In this document: piece after piece, positions 35,520-47,357 of the stretch
How positions within the stretch are numbered: position 1 is the stretch's first letter
Layout: every line of letters starts with the position of its first letter
Source: Diplonema japonicum
Taxonomy: Eukaryota > Protista > Euglenozoa: Diplonemea
Reading direction: 5' to 3'
Assembly (NCBI GenBank): GCA_964019335.1
Contig: OZ025735.1
Span: 1-64,000 of the forward strand
DNA: 64,000 nucleotides
Position numbers and translations under genes: made by a program
Notes under the pieces: model-generated
What the model saw: the letters and a program-made list of their open reading frames with translations, nothing else
Told to the model about the DNA's origin: nothing
Databases searched by the model: none

Positions 35520-36349
35520 ATGAGGACACTTACGAGATTGGGTCTGCAGAAGAGCAGGAGCATGCTCACCGGCGCCGTTGCATCTACAGCGCTCATGAGC
35601 AAGTCTGTGTTCGCCCAGGAGACAGCCGCCGCTGCTGCTGGCGGCACAGCGGGGAAGATTGCTGCAGCAAAAGCCCTTTACGGTGCGAATGTAGTTACGC
35701 TGCTGCAGGTGGGACCTCCTATTTGCGCACAGGTCCTCTTTTTGTCGCCTCTTGCCACCATGAGGGAAATCAAGGCCAACGGCACCACCGGTGGTCTGCC
35801 CATGCTCCCTTACACTATGATGGCGTGCAACGGGTTCTTGTGGATGACGTACGGGACCCTCACCGGCGACAGGTATGGGATAGCATAGCAACAACACAAC
35901 ACAGCACGCTGATCGCTGCAAACGTGAGCGCCCTTGTGATGGGCCTCTTCTACTGCTCGACATTCATGAAGTACAAGAACCCCGATGTGCAGGTGGCACA
36001 GCCCGTCGGCATGGCGGCTGTGGCGGCTTTGGCCGTGGCTGGAATGTACGCCGGGCTTCCTCAAGCACAGGCCATTGACGCCATCGGGATGACAGGGTGT
36101 GGTGTGGTAGTTGCCATGTTCAGTGGGCCGCTTGCCGCTGTGCAGAAAGTGCTGAAGGAAAAGGACACCTCGACACTCCCTTTCCCCATGGCTGTGGCAA
36201 CTACTGTGAACTGTGCCTTCTGGTCTGCATATGGTCTCATGATCGGTGACCCGTACATCTATGGGCCCAACTTATTGGGGCTGTGCTCCGGCATTGTTCA
36301 GCTGTCACTTTTCGCTCGTTTTGGTTTCGGTAAGGCCAAGAGTGCTTAG
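35520..36349 (+). CDS. SWEET: SWEET/MtN3 sugar transporter with N-terminal extension; 1 intron
   Basis: LFLSPLAT..LPY..N..LW..YG and MFSGPL..V....DTS.LPFP..W..YG..D.YI.GPN..G. Intron 35873-35904 (32 nt). Confidence 0.9.
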
Positions 36350-36710
36350 GTTGGAGGGCTACGTAAAGAAGCAGGTCGTTGATCGATGTCACGACTGAGA
36401 ACCACCTCGCAACCATGCGGCTGCGGAACGGATCACAACGATTCTCTGCACTGCTGTCTTTACGAGCGTCGATGCTAACGTCGTTTCACCACTGCTGCTG
36501 CTTAGCTCTGTAGGCATGAACCTTATGTTGCAAATAGACAAAAAGATATATGGAAGAAAAAAAAAAAAAATGAAAATAACAAAAGTAAAAAGGAATTTCT
36601 TATCTCAGTGAGCAACTCCCCCAGCACACTGAAGTTTCATCGAATTCTTACTTAATGAATATTCCAAAACAAAGAAGCAAGCACAGCCCCGCCACCCCCC
36701 CCTGTGAAAA

Positions 36711-38024
36711 ATGGAAAGAGAAAATCTAATTCTGAGACAACGGAAACAGCAAGCGGCTGGCAGGGTGTTCGAGCCGGAGACATCGTCATTCACAAGGGCG
36801 GTGAAGAGTTTGGACTTTTACCCCAAGGTGCACAGTGACAGACGGAAGAAGCAAACGGTGCCCGGCATGGTGATCAGCCTCTTCGTGATAGTGATGATCA
36901 GCATCATGCTGGTGTGGGAGACGACTTCGTACATATTAGGTACAGATGCCTACCACGACCGCCTTTCGGTGGACGCAGGCATCGGACAGAAGGTTCAGAT
37001 TAATCTCAATATCACCTTTCCAAATATCAAATGCGACGCTCTGCACTTGGATGCCATGGACGCTGCTGGTGAGATGCAGATAGACCTCCACCACGACTTG
37101 TACAAGAGCCCGGTTGACCACGCTGGCAGGCTCGTCTTTTCAGGCGCACACCCATACTACCATGCCCCCCCTGCCCCTCCTGACCAGGAGCTGGACATCT
37201 CAAGCTTTTTCTTTGGATACAATGCTGCCAAGGATCCGTCAAGCGAGAAGTTCTGCGGTCCGTGCGACATCATCCCTGTGGCAAATGCCGACAGGGACAG
37301 GAAACATGAGCAGGGTAAGAAGGTGGAGTGCTGCAACACGTGTCAATCGGTGTTAGACTACTACGACAAGCAAGGCAAAAAGCGCCCCGACCGGGGTGAC
37401 GTGGAGCAGTGCATTCACGAAGAGTCGATGAGGAACCCAGGTTGCAACATCGCAGGCGTCCTCACCACGGAGAAATGCAAAGGGAACTTCCACTTCGCCC
37501 CGGGTGGCACTCGCAAGATGGGGTTCAAAATGCTTCACTTCTTCTCGACGTCGCAGGCGCTGCACTTCGACATCGCACACTACATACACCATCTGTCCTT
37601 TGGGGACAAGAACGTTAAGCGATTTGGGTACAAGCACCCCTTGGATGGGCGTCAGGTGTTTGTCCCCAGAGGGAATCTTGCTCATGTGAAGTACGGGATC
37701 AAGGCCATCCCTGTCGTCTATACAACGCACTCGTCTGTGGGGGACGAAGAGGCTCAGTCGGGTGTCATGATTGCTGGGAAGGAGGAGTCGGCTGAGTCCT
37801 CGTTCGAGATTGCAGCGACCCTTTTGGAGAAGGTCTTCGACCCGAGGGAGTCGCGGAGGCCGCCAGGGCTGTCCTTCGTCTACGACTTCCACCCCATGCA
37901 GCTGACGCATGTCTTCAAGCGCCCGCCCATAACGCACTTCCTCATCAATCTTTGCAAGATCGTAGGTGGCTTCTTCGTCGTTACTGGACTCCTCGACAGA
38001 CTCGTCTCCAAGATTATGTCTTAG
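36711..38024 (+). CDS. ERGIC3: ER-Golgi intermediate compartment protein (ERGIC3/Erv46)
   Basis: LDFYPKV, INLNITFPNIKC..LHLDAMD..GE, CCNTC, GCNIAG..GNFHFAPG, LCKIVGGFF. Confidence 0.9.
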   Translation: MERENLILRQRKQQAAGRVFEPETSSFTRAVKSLDFYPKVHSDRRKKQTVPGMVISLFVIVMISIMLVWETTSYILGTDAYHDRLSVDAGIGQKVQINLNITFPNIKCDALHLDAMDAAGEMQIDLHHDLYKSPVDHAGRLVFSGAHPYYHAPPAPPDQELDISSFFFGYNAAKDPSSEKFCGPCDIIPVANADRDRKHEQGKKVECCNTCQSVLDYYDKQGKKRPDRGDVEQCIHEESMRNPGCNIAGVLTTEKCKGNFHFAPGGTRKMGFKMLHFFSTSQALHFDIAHYIHHLSFGDKNVKRFGYKHPLDGRQVFVPRGNLAHVKYGIKAIPVVYTTHSSVGDEEAQSGVMIAGKEESAESSFEIAATLLEKVFDPRESRRPPGLSFVYDFHPMQLTHVFKRPPITHFLINLCKIVGGFFVVTGLLDRLVSKIMS

Positions 38025-38099
38025 TTAGTGCTGTTCCTTCCAGTGTTCCTTCTATTTATTGTGCTTCCTACACCGCTTATTCACCAACAGAAGATAGTT

Positions 38100-38656
38100 A
38101 TGATGAAGATTGCCGTCTTACTGGCATTGGTGGGGTGTGCTGCCGCACAGGACTCCAGCCTAGGTACGAAAAAGAAGTTTGTTAGTTAACACAACACAGG
38201 CCGTGGTTTCGGTGAGTTCCCGTGGTACAACCTTGCCGATGGTCTTGCAGAGGCTAAAGCTAGCGGGAAGCCTATTATGATGGTGCAGCACAAGAGCTGG
38301 TGTGGCATGTGCAAGAGGTTTGGACCTGAGTTCGCTAGCACGCAGGGCATCAAGGACCGCTCTGAGAAGTATGCATGCAAACATCAAGTACATGCGCAGG
38401 TTTGTGATGGTTAACTGCCACGACGATGACCCTGGCTGCGAGGCCAGCGAGTACGCCCCTGGTATTAAGAGAAACAAACGAGGAACACACTGCAGATGGC
38501 GGCTACATCCCCCGTATCTTGTTCTTGACCCCCGAGGGCAAGCACCGCTCCGACATCCAGGCTGGGAACCCGAAGTACAAGTACTTCTTCGCTCAGGGCG
38601 CAGCTGTCTCGAAGGCCATGGATGCCGCTCTCGAGCCTGCAAACGAAGAGCTTTGA
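38100..38656 (+). CDS. TXNDC12: ER thioredoxin ERp18/TXNDC12; 3 introns
   Basis: Spliced product: signal peptide, GRGFG, HKSWCGMCK, FVMVN, DGGYIPRILFL, NPKYKYFF, C-terminal NEEL. Introns 38164-38199, 38369-38399, 38462-38495. Confidence 0.88.
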
Positions 38657-38728
38657 GTGCTGTTTTAGTTTACTTGATTCTTGTATACTTCTTCTAAACA
38701 ATTGCACCTTTCGTTCCAAAGGCATGTG

Positions 38729-40810
38729 ATGCTCAGGGCAACACGGCGAGGGCTGCCCGTGGCCGCAGCCAGTGTACAATACAGACGCAGTTCTGCACCA
38801 GGTTTTGTTGAGAAGTACAAGGGAGACAGCCATGGGAAAGATGTAATCCTGGCGTCCTTGCGAAGAATGGCAAAAGTCGCAGCCATCGAAGAAAATGCCG
38901 TTCGTATTGGGAAGGAAGCGCTGGAATTGTTAAGGTGGAGTGAACAGGAGTACGGGGGCAAGATACCTAAAGAATGGTACGAGCAAGCAATGGAACTCGT
39001 GACACGCATCCCCGACACAGCAGCACCTATGGTGGTCCTGAACCTCGCCATGAAAGCTGGCGAAGGGCATGCATCTCTGTTCGAGCGTGCCATGTCACAC
39101 GCTGTGAAGCACAGTGGGACAAAAGACCTACACAATCTGTACCTCCTTGCAGCGAAAGCGCACGTAAAGGCTTCTGCTGGCATGTTCACATGCTTGATCG
39201 GAGACTGTTCAAGCCGAGGTGACACGGATTCTGCACTCTTCTGGTGGAAGGAGGCCCAGCACATGTCAGTGGTGCAAGATGTCAGCAAGTTGGCATTTAT
39301 ATCGTGCTTCCATTCAGAGCAAGAAGTTCTGAGACTCCTTAAACACCATGTGCCTTCATACGCGCAGAAGCAAGCATGCCTGCTGCTGCTACTGATGCGA
39401 GCCGATGACATGGCCTCAGTCGATAAGTACTTGGCGATGTACCCGCCTACAGCATACACACCTGCAACATGGTACAAGACAGTGCTGTACACTTTTGCTA
39501 AGAGGAAGGATCTCGACATGCTGGTTGCGAAGTACAGCAGACTCACCAGAGGCATCAAGCCGTCACCGGAACTGCAGAAATTTTACATGGAGGCTGTAGC
39601 TTGTTGCGCACTATTTCAATGTGCGCCGTCGCTGCAGGGTTTGAACCTCACAAGTAGCGCATCGAGAATAGCGAAGAAGGCCTTGGAGATCATGGCGCCG
39701 TTCGATTCCAACCTCTTGCCGTGGTATCTCAACAGTGCAAACATCCTGCTGCATGCATTGACGGGCACGCTCCTGGACCCGGGAAAGGAGACGCACAGGT
39801 CGTCAAGAGAAGCAACACCTTTCATCACTGTCACTTTCATCAGAGCAGCGCAGCTCCTATCGCGACCCGACGTAGTTACTGCTTTGAAGCAACAGCTCAA
39901 GCCCCCGGTCGTTCCGAGATATACTTACTACAGTCTGCGCTATCAGTACTGCGGGTGGCTGGGCCACCACCCGGAATCAACAAGCAGTTATCAAGATGCT
40001 GTGCGTACAGCAAAGGCGGCAGGCATTGCTAGGAGGACCGATAAGAGAAGCGACTTCATGGGCGAGAAAGTTAACACGGTGGTGCCACCTGCACCAGTTG
40101 TGGACCACGAGCCGCCCGGTGTCGATAGCAGCGAGACCCTTGTCGTGCCCCCTTCGGGTGCCACGAAGCACTTTGTAGCACCGCAGCCACCAAACAAAAA
40201 ACGTTATCCTCCCGAAGCAGAAACATTTCTGAAGAAGCTGACAGTTAGACGCATGGAAGGCAAGCTGCTGCCATTCTACTCAAGGTGGGTCACACTCTCG
40301 GTGCAGAACCCTGTCCTGTCCAAGGTGGTACTCAGTGAGTATAGTGCTGACAGGAAAGCGGGTATTGTGGGTCAGGACCTCACACTATATACAGCTATTG
40401 TTCAAATGTCTTGGAAGTCTGATGACTTCGTGGGGTTCCGCTACAGCTCTCTCGAATCACTGAAGCACTTCTCACCCGACGACAGGATGGTTGTCACTGT
40501 TCTGCACGGCTGCGCCCACGCCATCAGACAGACGGGTAGTCACGAGTGGGCAGAACTTGCATTTGCTACGTGGCACGCACATCGAAGTGTGAAAGGCTTC
40601 CGTTTGTACACACGACTCATGGAAGTCATCAGCTTATGCGGTGATGTGAAGAAAGCAGAGCAGTACATAGTGCAAGCACCGAAGGTGCCATCGCTAGGGT
40701 CGAAGCTATGCCCATATCTTGTGGAGCACTTTGAGAAGACGTATGAGGTAAGCGGCATGGGGCATGCTGCCACAGTGCGCAGGATGCAGGCGCTGATGCA
40801 GCGCACGTAG
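38729..40810 (+). CDS. Putative mitochondrial alpha-helical (PPR-like?) protein
   Basis: Presequence-like MLRATRRGLPVAAASVQYRRSS. Helical segments such as MFTCLIGDCSSRGDTDSALFWWKE and LYTRLMEVISLCGDVKKAEQY resemble PPR motifs. Confidence 0.55.
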   Translation: MLRATRRGLPVAAASVQYRRSSAPGFVEKYKGDSHGKDVILASLRRMAKVAAIEENAVRIGKEALELLRWSEQEYGGKIPKEWYEQAMELVTRIPDTAAPMVVLNLAMKAGEGHASLFERAMSHAVKHSGTKDLHNLYLLAAKAHVKASAGMFTCLIGDCSSRGDTDSALFWWKEAQHMSVVQDVSKLAFISCFHSEQEVLRLLKHHVPSYAQKQACLLLLLMRADDMASVDKYLAMYPPTAYTPATWYKTVLYTFAKRKDLDMLVAKYSRLTRGIKPSPELQKFYMEAVACCALFQCAPSLQGLNLTSSASRIAKKALEIMAPFDSNLLPWYLNSANILLHALTGTLLDPGKETHRSSREATPFITVTFIRAAQLLSRPDVVTALKQQLKPPVVPRYTYYSLRYQYCGWLGHHPESTSSYQDAVRTAKAAGIARRTDKRSDFMGEKVNTVVPPAPVVDHEPPGVDSSETLVVPPSGATKHFVAPQPPNKKRYPPEAETFLKKLTVRRMEGKLLPFYSRWVTLSVQNPVLSKVVLSEYSADRKAGIVGQDLTLYTAIVQMSWKSDDFVGFRYSSLESLKHFSPDDRMVVTVLHGCAHAIRQTGSHEWAELAFATWHAHRSVKGFRLYTRLMEVISLCGDVKKAEQYIVQAPKVPSLGSKLCPYLVEHFEKTYEVSGMGHAATVRRMQALMQRT

Positions 40811-40859
40811 CATACTTCTTGCCAAATGGCTCCAATACGACACAACAGGTGGACACAAC

Positions 40860-41634
40860 ATGGACTTCAAACAGGAAGGTGGCGATAGTGAGGGCGTGAT
40901 GTACGACGGGCTCGATAAGATGTGGGAAGCGGAGCTAGCGGAGTGCGACGCCAGTGGCGAGAAGAAGTGGTATAGCCACGCAGTGGAGTACTGGAAGCAA
41001 CAGCCTGCAACGGTTAACGGTGTGCTTGGAGGATTCGAACATGTTTCCGAGGATGACATTGCCGAGTCAGCGAGCTTCATACTACCATTCATCATCAAGG
41101 AGCAGATGACGAGAGAGAAGGCCATCGACACGGGTGCTGGTGTCGGCAGGGTCTCACACGATCTTTTAATAAAAAAACTGGGTTTCAAAACAGTTGACCT
41201 TCTGGAACCCTGCGCCCACATGTTGGAAAAAGCCAAGCAAGACCTGCCTGCGGACAAGGTGGGGCAGCTCATCGAGGGATCGATCCAGAACCACACTTTC
41301 GGAGAAGCACAGTACGACATCCTGGTGCTGCAGTGGGTGGGCATTTACCTTACGGATGATGACTTCGTGGCTTTCATCCAGAAAGCAAGGTATGCAAACA
41401 GATCAGAGTGATACACATTACAGGAAGAGCTTGCGTCCAAATGGGATAATATTCATCAAAGAAAACACGATACAGGAGTCGTTCTTGGTAGACAAGGAGG
41501 ATTCGTCGATCACCAGGACGGTGGAGCACTACCGGCACATCATAGAAGCCGGCGGGGGGAAAGTTGTCAAGCAGGAGTATCAGAAAAAGTTTCCGAAACA
41601 ACTATTCAAAGTTATCATGCTTGCAGTGAAATGA
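40860..41634 (+). CDS. NTMT1: Alpha-N-terminal protein methyltransferase; 1 intron
   Basis: YW...ATVNGVLGGF, AIDTGAGVGRV, QWVGIYLTDDD, IKEN, DKEDSSITR. Intron 41390-41423 (34 nt). Confidence 0.9.
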
Positions 41635-41721
41635 GTGAGTAGTTTTAGTCTTTTCCTTTTTTTGTCGTTTCCTTGTGGCTCCGCATTCGAACAGGAGGCG
41701 GGGCTGAGGCTGCATGCATCG

Positions 41722-42717
41722 ATGAAGGCAGTAACAGTTCGTGTTCGGCATGCCTTTCGGAGGTACTGCAGTGTTAATGACGAGATATTCAAGGAAGCCA
41801 CGCAACTATGGGACAATAACAGCAAGGAAACTGCTGTACAGTACTTCACAGAAGCGGCTCTGAATGGCCACGTAGAGGCGATGAATAGCCTTGGGTTTGC
41901 GCTTGTCGAAGAAGGTGATAGCACAGGTCTGTCGTGGATAGAGAAGGCGGCCGCCATGGGCTCACCAAATGCACAGAACAACCTCGCCGTGCACCTAAAC
42001 CAGAAAGGTGATCACGAGGCAGCACTTGATTGGTGGAAGCAAGCAGCCGCTGGTTGCAACCCCTACGCGCTGAACCAGCTTGGCCTGCGATGCAGCGATG
42101 ACAGCGAAGCTTACGGCCACTTCAAAGAGGCAGCTGAAAAGGGAGATAAGGAAGCAATGAACAATCTGGGCCACTGTTATCAGCATGGGAAAGGCACACA
42201 GCAAGAATCAACAAAAGCCATAGCATGGTATTCGCGCAGCGCAGGTCTGGGCAACCTTGACAGCCTATACAACCTTGGGCATATCCACCTAGACATTGAC
42301 AAGAGCATGGCACTCAGGTATTTCACGGAGGCAGCTGTGGCAGGGCATGTTGAAGGGCAGGCCATGGTGGGGTTCTGCTACCAGCAAGGCATCGGTACCT
42401 CTTGTGACGCGAAGAAAGCTGTAGAGTGGTGGGAAAAGGCAGCGGACAACAAGCACCCAGCTGCTGCAACGAATTTAGGGATCTGCTTGCAGCAAGGGGC
42501 AGGTGTTGGCCAGCCCGATCCCCAGCGTGCGATGCAATATTTCGAAGCGGCGGCGGAGCAGGATTATCCAGAAGCCCTGGTGATGCTTGCGAACTGTAAG
42601 CTGAATGGTGAAGGGACGGAGAAGGACACCCCAAGTGCTATCTTACTTATGTCAAAGGCTGCTGCCCTTGGCTCTGAGCAAGCGAAAAGGCTACTTGCAA
42701 TTTTGCATACGATGTGA
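41722..42717 (+). CDS. Sel1-repeat protein, probably mitochondrial
   Basis: Repeated A..NLG.CY..G.GT....KA..W..AA units; presequence-like MKAVTVRVRHAFRRYCS. Confidence 0.85.
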   Translation: MKAVTVRVRHAFRRYCSVNDEIFKEATQLWDNNSKETAVQYFTEAALNGHVEAMNSLGFALVEEGDSTGLSWIEKAAAMGSPNAQNNLAVHLNQKGDHEAALDWWKQAAAGCNPYALNQLGLRCSDDSEAYGHFKEAAEKGDKEAMNNLGHCYQHGKGTQQESTKAIAWYSRSAGLGNLDSLYNLGHIHLDIDKSMALRYFTEAAVAGHVEGQAMVGFCYQQGIGTSCDAKKAVEWWEKAADNKHPAAATNLGICLQQGAGVGQPDPQRAMQYFEAAAEQDYPEALVMLANCKLNGEGTEKDTPSAILLMSKAAALGSEQAKRLLAILHTM

Positions 42718-42778
42718 AAGTTCTTAGTTACTAGCCAGACCACATCTTTTACATACACCACTACAGGGGCGGGCCAAG

Positions 42779-45700
42779 ATGTCGGCCATGCGACGACGGA
42801 GGCTCAGTGAGGCGAAGGTGACAGAGGAGCCCCATGCAGCACGAGCGCCGCAAGGACAGCAGAATCAGTTGATCAATGACAGTGCCATGACGGGCGCGTT
42901 AGCATTGGGAACCATGTCTTTCGCGGTGCATGTTGCCATCGACTGTCTGTGCAGGCCAAACACTGACGTGCCTGATCTGCCACTTCTGATTGTCGCCAAT
43001 GTCCTGATGTTCATCAGCTCACCCTTCGCTCACTACTCTGCGATGTGGACGGTGCCTGGCTACGACATATGGCAGCCGTTCAAAGGAGGCGACACTTTTA
43101 TCTTCCTTCAGATGCTTGGGTGGCTGTTCTACAGCACGTGGCTGATCACGGCAGGCATCATCCTGAACAGTAAAGTCTCGGTCATGAATCTCCCCTTCAC
43201 CTATGGGAGCGGCTTTTTGTCATTTGTGGGCTTCTTGGGGTTTGTGGCCACAGTTTTAGTAGTGATGTCACCTTCGCAGTTCGAACAGAACACCTCGTGG
43301 GTGTTTCCCTGGGGCAACCTTGTACGCAGGAGGAAAGAGTCGCTGCTGTCTGTTGTGCTTGCAACCTCTTGTTTCTTGACAATCGTCTTGCTCGATATCC
43401 AGATTGACAGCACATATGTGCGGCGGTACGGTGCGCACTTCACCTTTTACAGTGCACTTGGCTTCTGTGGTGCCTGCGTGCTTACCCATGCTTCCATCGG
43501 CATGAGTGTGCACGCCCCGCACTACAAGCTGTGGCAGCCGTTCCAGGGGGGTGTTAGGTTCGTCCTCGCACAGTGCATCGGTTGGGCAGGCTTCTCTACT
43601 GCCCTGTATATATCGCTGAATCTGGAAGTGATTTCCCTCCCTCAAGGCACTCCCTCTCTCTTAGGGTGGCTGTATTTGCTGTCCTTCTGCACGCTGCTCT
43701 ACTCTGTTGAGTTGTTCGAAGCGAACAACCCGGTCTTCGTGATCTGGACAGGTGAGCGACTGGCCGCCTTCATGCTCTCGCTGGTGGGCACCGGTCTTTT
43801 TGTGTTGATTGAAATACTTGGCATTTACTATGGTCCCTACCAGTCGCCACCCATCTCGTACTTCAACCTCGCGCTGATGGGCGGCGCACTGAGCTTCACC
43901 CTTCCTGTTATAACGCAATATTTGGCAACGCGGCAGCAGGAGGGGTACTACTTCTTCATGCCGTTCATAGGAGGTGTAAAGTTCGTAACGCTGCAGGCCT
44001 TCGGCTGGACGCTGTATGCATGCACGCTGATCGTGTGGCTGCTGTACATGATCAACCCGAACACGTGGAAACACGTTTTCTCTGTTGGAATCTTTTCTTT
44101 TGTCTGCGAAGCATGCATCTTGCTGTCGCCTAACTTCTTCGAGCCAGACACCGTCCCCCGTGACAGGGAACAGTTTTTATACGGCGAACTTATTCTCAGC
44201 ACGCTACTGGCAACAGGCGGTGGCGCTCTGTTCTATATCGTCGACATTACCGTGGGGACGCTCTTCCCCAGACACCAGGTGCTTGCGATCGCAGTGGCTG
44301 CAACCACCACAGCACCCGTCATTGCTCAGTTCTGTGGACGCAGGGCTCATGCTTCCTTTAAAGCCATCCAGCCTTTCGAGGGCGGCGCCGAGTTCGTAGC
44401 GCTGCAATCAATTGGCTGGACAATCTACGCAGTGATGCTCCTTTTCTACTGCATCTTGCTGCTCAACTTCGAGACGCTCATCAACTCCTTCAATTCCCCA
44501 TGGCTCACCATATGCGGCGTGATCGGGATGTTGCCCTGGATGATCATCATCGGCAGCATCAAGTACTATCAGGACTCCGCGAGTCTTGTGGTCAGCGACA
44601 TCCAGGTTGCCCTCTCCTTCAGCAAGGATGCTGTGCTGCCTGACGAAATGATCAGCCAGTTGGATAGCTTGGTCGACAAGATTGACAGTACCGAGGTCAA
44701 GGAGATCCTGTGCAGCCTCACGGAGCAGTGTGTTGCGCAGAAGGAGAAGAGAAAAACACACGCCCCACACTCGCAGCAGAGCCACCCCATTACCACGCTG
44801 ATTGCCACAGGGATATCAGTCATCTCCTTGTTTTTATGCGTGCTGGCGGACATCCTTATGGCGATTCTCCCCCCTGACGCACACAACGTGTCCAGCATCA
44901 TCTTTGCGGCGGGGTGCATCCTCGGTTCCCTCCCTCCTGTCTTGGTGCACTGCAAGACTGGGCCTTCGAAGTACAGCCAGTACAAATTATGGCAGCCCTT
45001 CAGAGGGGGCTTCAACTTTGTGTTGTTGCAGACCCTCGGGTGGTGCTTGTATTCACTGACTATCGGGTTTGCGTGCATCTTGTTATTTGGGAAGATGCAA
45101 GATGCGGAAGGGCCGCAGATCTTTGGTCTAAACAGTCTGACAACCCTGCTGGGGACAGGGTCGTACTGCGTGATCCTTCTGTCTTTGGTATGCCTTATGC
45201 AAACAAATGTGACACACGACAGAGCCACTTCGAGAACGACAGGGACGCAGTCACACATTGTGGGAAGGATTCGTTCTTACAGCGCAATGCGGAGTGGACG
45301 GTGTCACTGCTCATGACGACAGCATCGACTAGCATGTTCATGGCAATCAGCGCCGTGAAGACGAGGTGGGGAGGGCTCTTTTCGGTATGGGGGTGTGATT
45401 ACATAACACGACAACAGGTTGCCCCTGTGTTCTTCTTGTCGGGGTTGGCACTTTTCGCCAGCATACCCCTCATGTACATTGCAGTGCGGAAGTCGCGGCT
45501 GAACAGGCCTAACGAAGACCTTCGTGATGACACAGGCACCGAAGTCTTTGGCTGGGTCATGTACGGGTTGCAAGCGGCGCTGGCCACCATGTTTGTGTGC
45601 CAGACTGCCCTGACTGTGCTGGTATGCTGCAAACCTTTAGCAACACCAATTACAGCCGCTGCGTCTTCTCACCCCACTGCTTGCGATATGTACCGCGATC

Positions 45701-46987
45701 GTTTTAGTGGGCCAGGCAGGTTTTTATTTGGTGATCTTCTGGAACGAAGGAAGGTATGCCACACAACACCACAGCACCACCACAGAACGCTCTCTACCGC
45801 CTTCCACGATGCGCTGATGGAGGTCGCCGCCAACACCATCACCATGGGCATGTACTTGCTGCCTGTGCTCTTGTACGTTGTTTGGGTATGTTTGGGGGAG
45901 AAAAGGTTTGACACAAGACAATCAGCTCGCCTTGTGCTTCGGGTTCCGCCAAAGTCCTGGCTCCACATACTTCTTCGTCTACATGCATTTGGTGACCTTC
46001 TCGCATCTGCACCCTCCTGCGATGATGCTTGTCAGGGTATGTGTTGCATTGACTGCAATGATGAAACTACAGGTCGGGTGCTTTGTGAGTGTGCTGTTCG
46101 GCTGCTTCAACTTATACAGCACGGGGGACATCGAGACGTTGATCTGGACATCCGTCGCGATGCTGTACACGACAACATACAAGGATGACCATATCACAGG
46201 TGCCAAGACGTGGAAGGCGGCAACAGAGGCAGCATGGATGTGGGACTTGATGGGGAGGTATTTTGGGCTGTCTGTGAAGACAGACAAACAAGACGCATCG
46301 AAGACTCTGAAGGAGGAGTTGATGGCGCAAGGACCGCTGCTGTTTGGTTTTCACCCACACGGGATCTATCCATTCACTTGTGTGTACGGGTGTTTGCATT
46401 CCGAATGGCAGGAGAAGGTAGGTATCACACCAAGCGTTCACGCTGCAAGCGTCATCTTCGGACCTCCGATGATGAGGGAGCTTGTGATGATGCTTGGCGG
46501 CAGAGACGTTAGTAGAAGGGCGTTGGATCTGCAACTGAAACAAGGCGGAGCGGCGTTGCTTGTCCCTGGGGGGCAGGCAGAGATGAGGGAGTCGAGTTCG
46601 AGCTCACCACATATGACACTAGTGCGTAAGCATAAGGGTTTCGTGAGGCTAGCAATTCAGCACGGTGCGTCTTTGGTGCCTGTGTTCTCGTTCGGCGAAC
46701 ACGAGCTCATGGATAATATTTATCTTCCTGAGATTCAAAAGTGGTTCATTAGGAAACTCGGTTTCGGTTACCCCCACTTCCCATACGGGCGCATGTTTCT
46801 CCCTGTCCCTCGCCGACGGAAGGTAACTCTCGTTGTTGGCCGCCCCATTCCCGTCACACGCATCGAACAACCGACACAAGCTGAGATCGATGCCGTCCAC
46901 CTGCAGTACTACACTGCCCTGAAGGATATGTTCGAAAGGCACAAAAAAGAATGCGGCTCCGCCGACCTCACCTTGCGCTTCATATAG
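42779..46987 (+). CDS. DGAT2: Large polytopic membrane protein fused to a C-terminal DGAT2/MGAT (DAGAT) domain, ~1344 aa; 5 introns
   Basis: FHPHG, VPGG.AEM, HKGFVRLA, VPVFSFGE, VVGRPI. Introns 45188-45222, 45385-45417, 45622-45655, 45754-45785 and 45886-45925 join all frames into one ORF. Confidence 0.8.
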
Positions 46988-47357
46988 AACTTATTCTATT
47001 TGTTTGCTTTTTGTGCAGAGAGATCACCCCATGTGATGCAATCGACCTTCCCCCCCTTCTTTTTTCTTCCTCTGCTTGCGGTGCCCCTGTTTTACTTCGG
47101 TCTGCTGTTTAGGTGTTTGCAACTGCTGGCCTCCTATTTTTCTTTTCTTCTCGATCCATATTATACAATTACGTGCACTATCCCATAACCACTATTACAA
47201 GTCTTCTTCAGAAGTCTCTGGACATACATCCGCGTGTGGGGCTTGCAAGTTGCTCACGCACAGCTGCTCAAGTGAGTGAACATAATTATCAGGCTTCGAC
47301 CTATCTTTTTTTCAACTAAAGGTCCTTGGCAACCACAGCAGGGCTGGGTAGGGCAAG

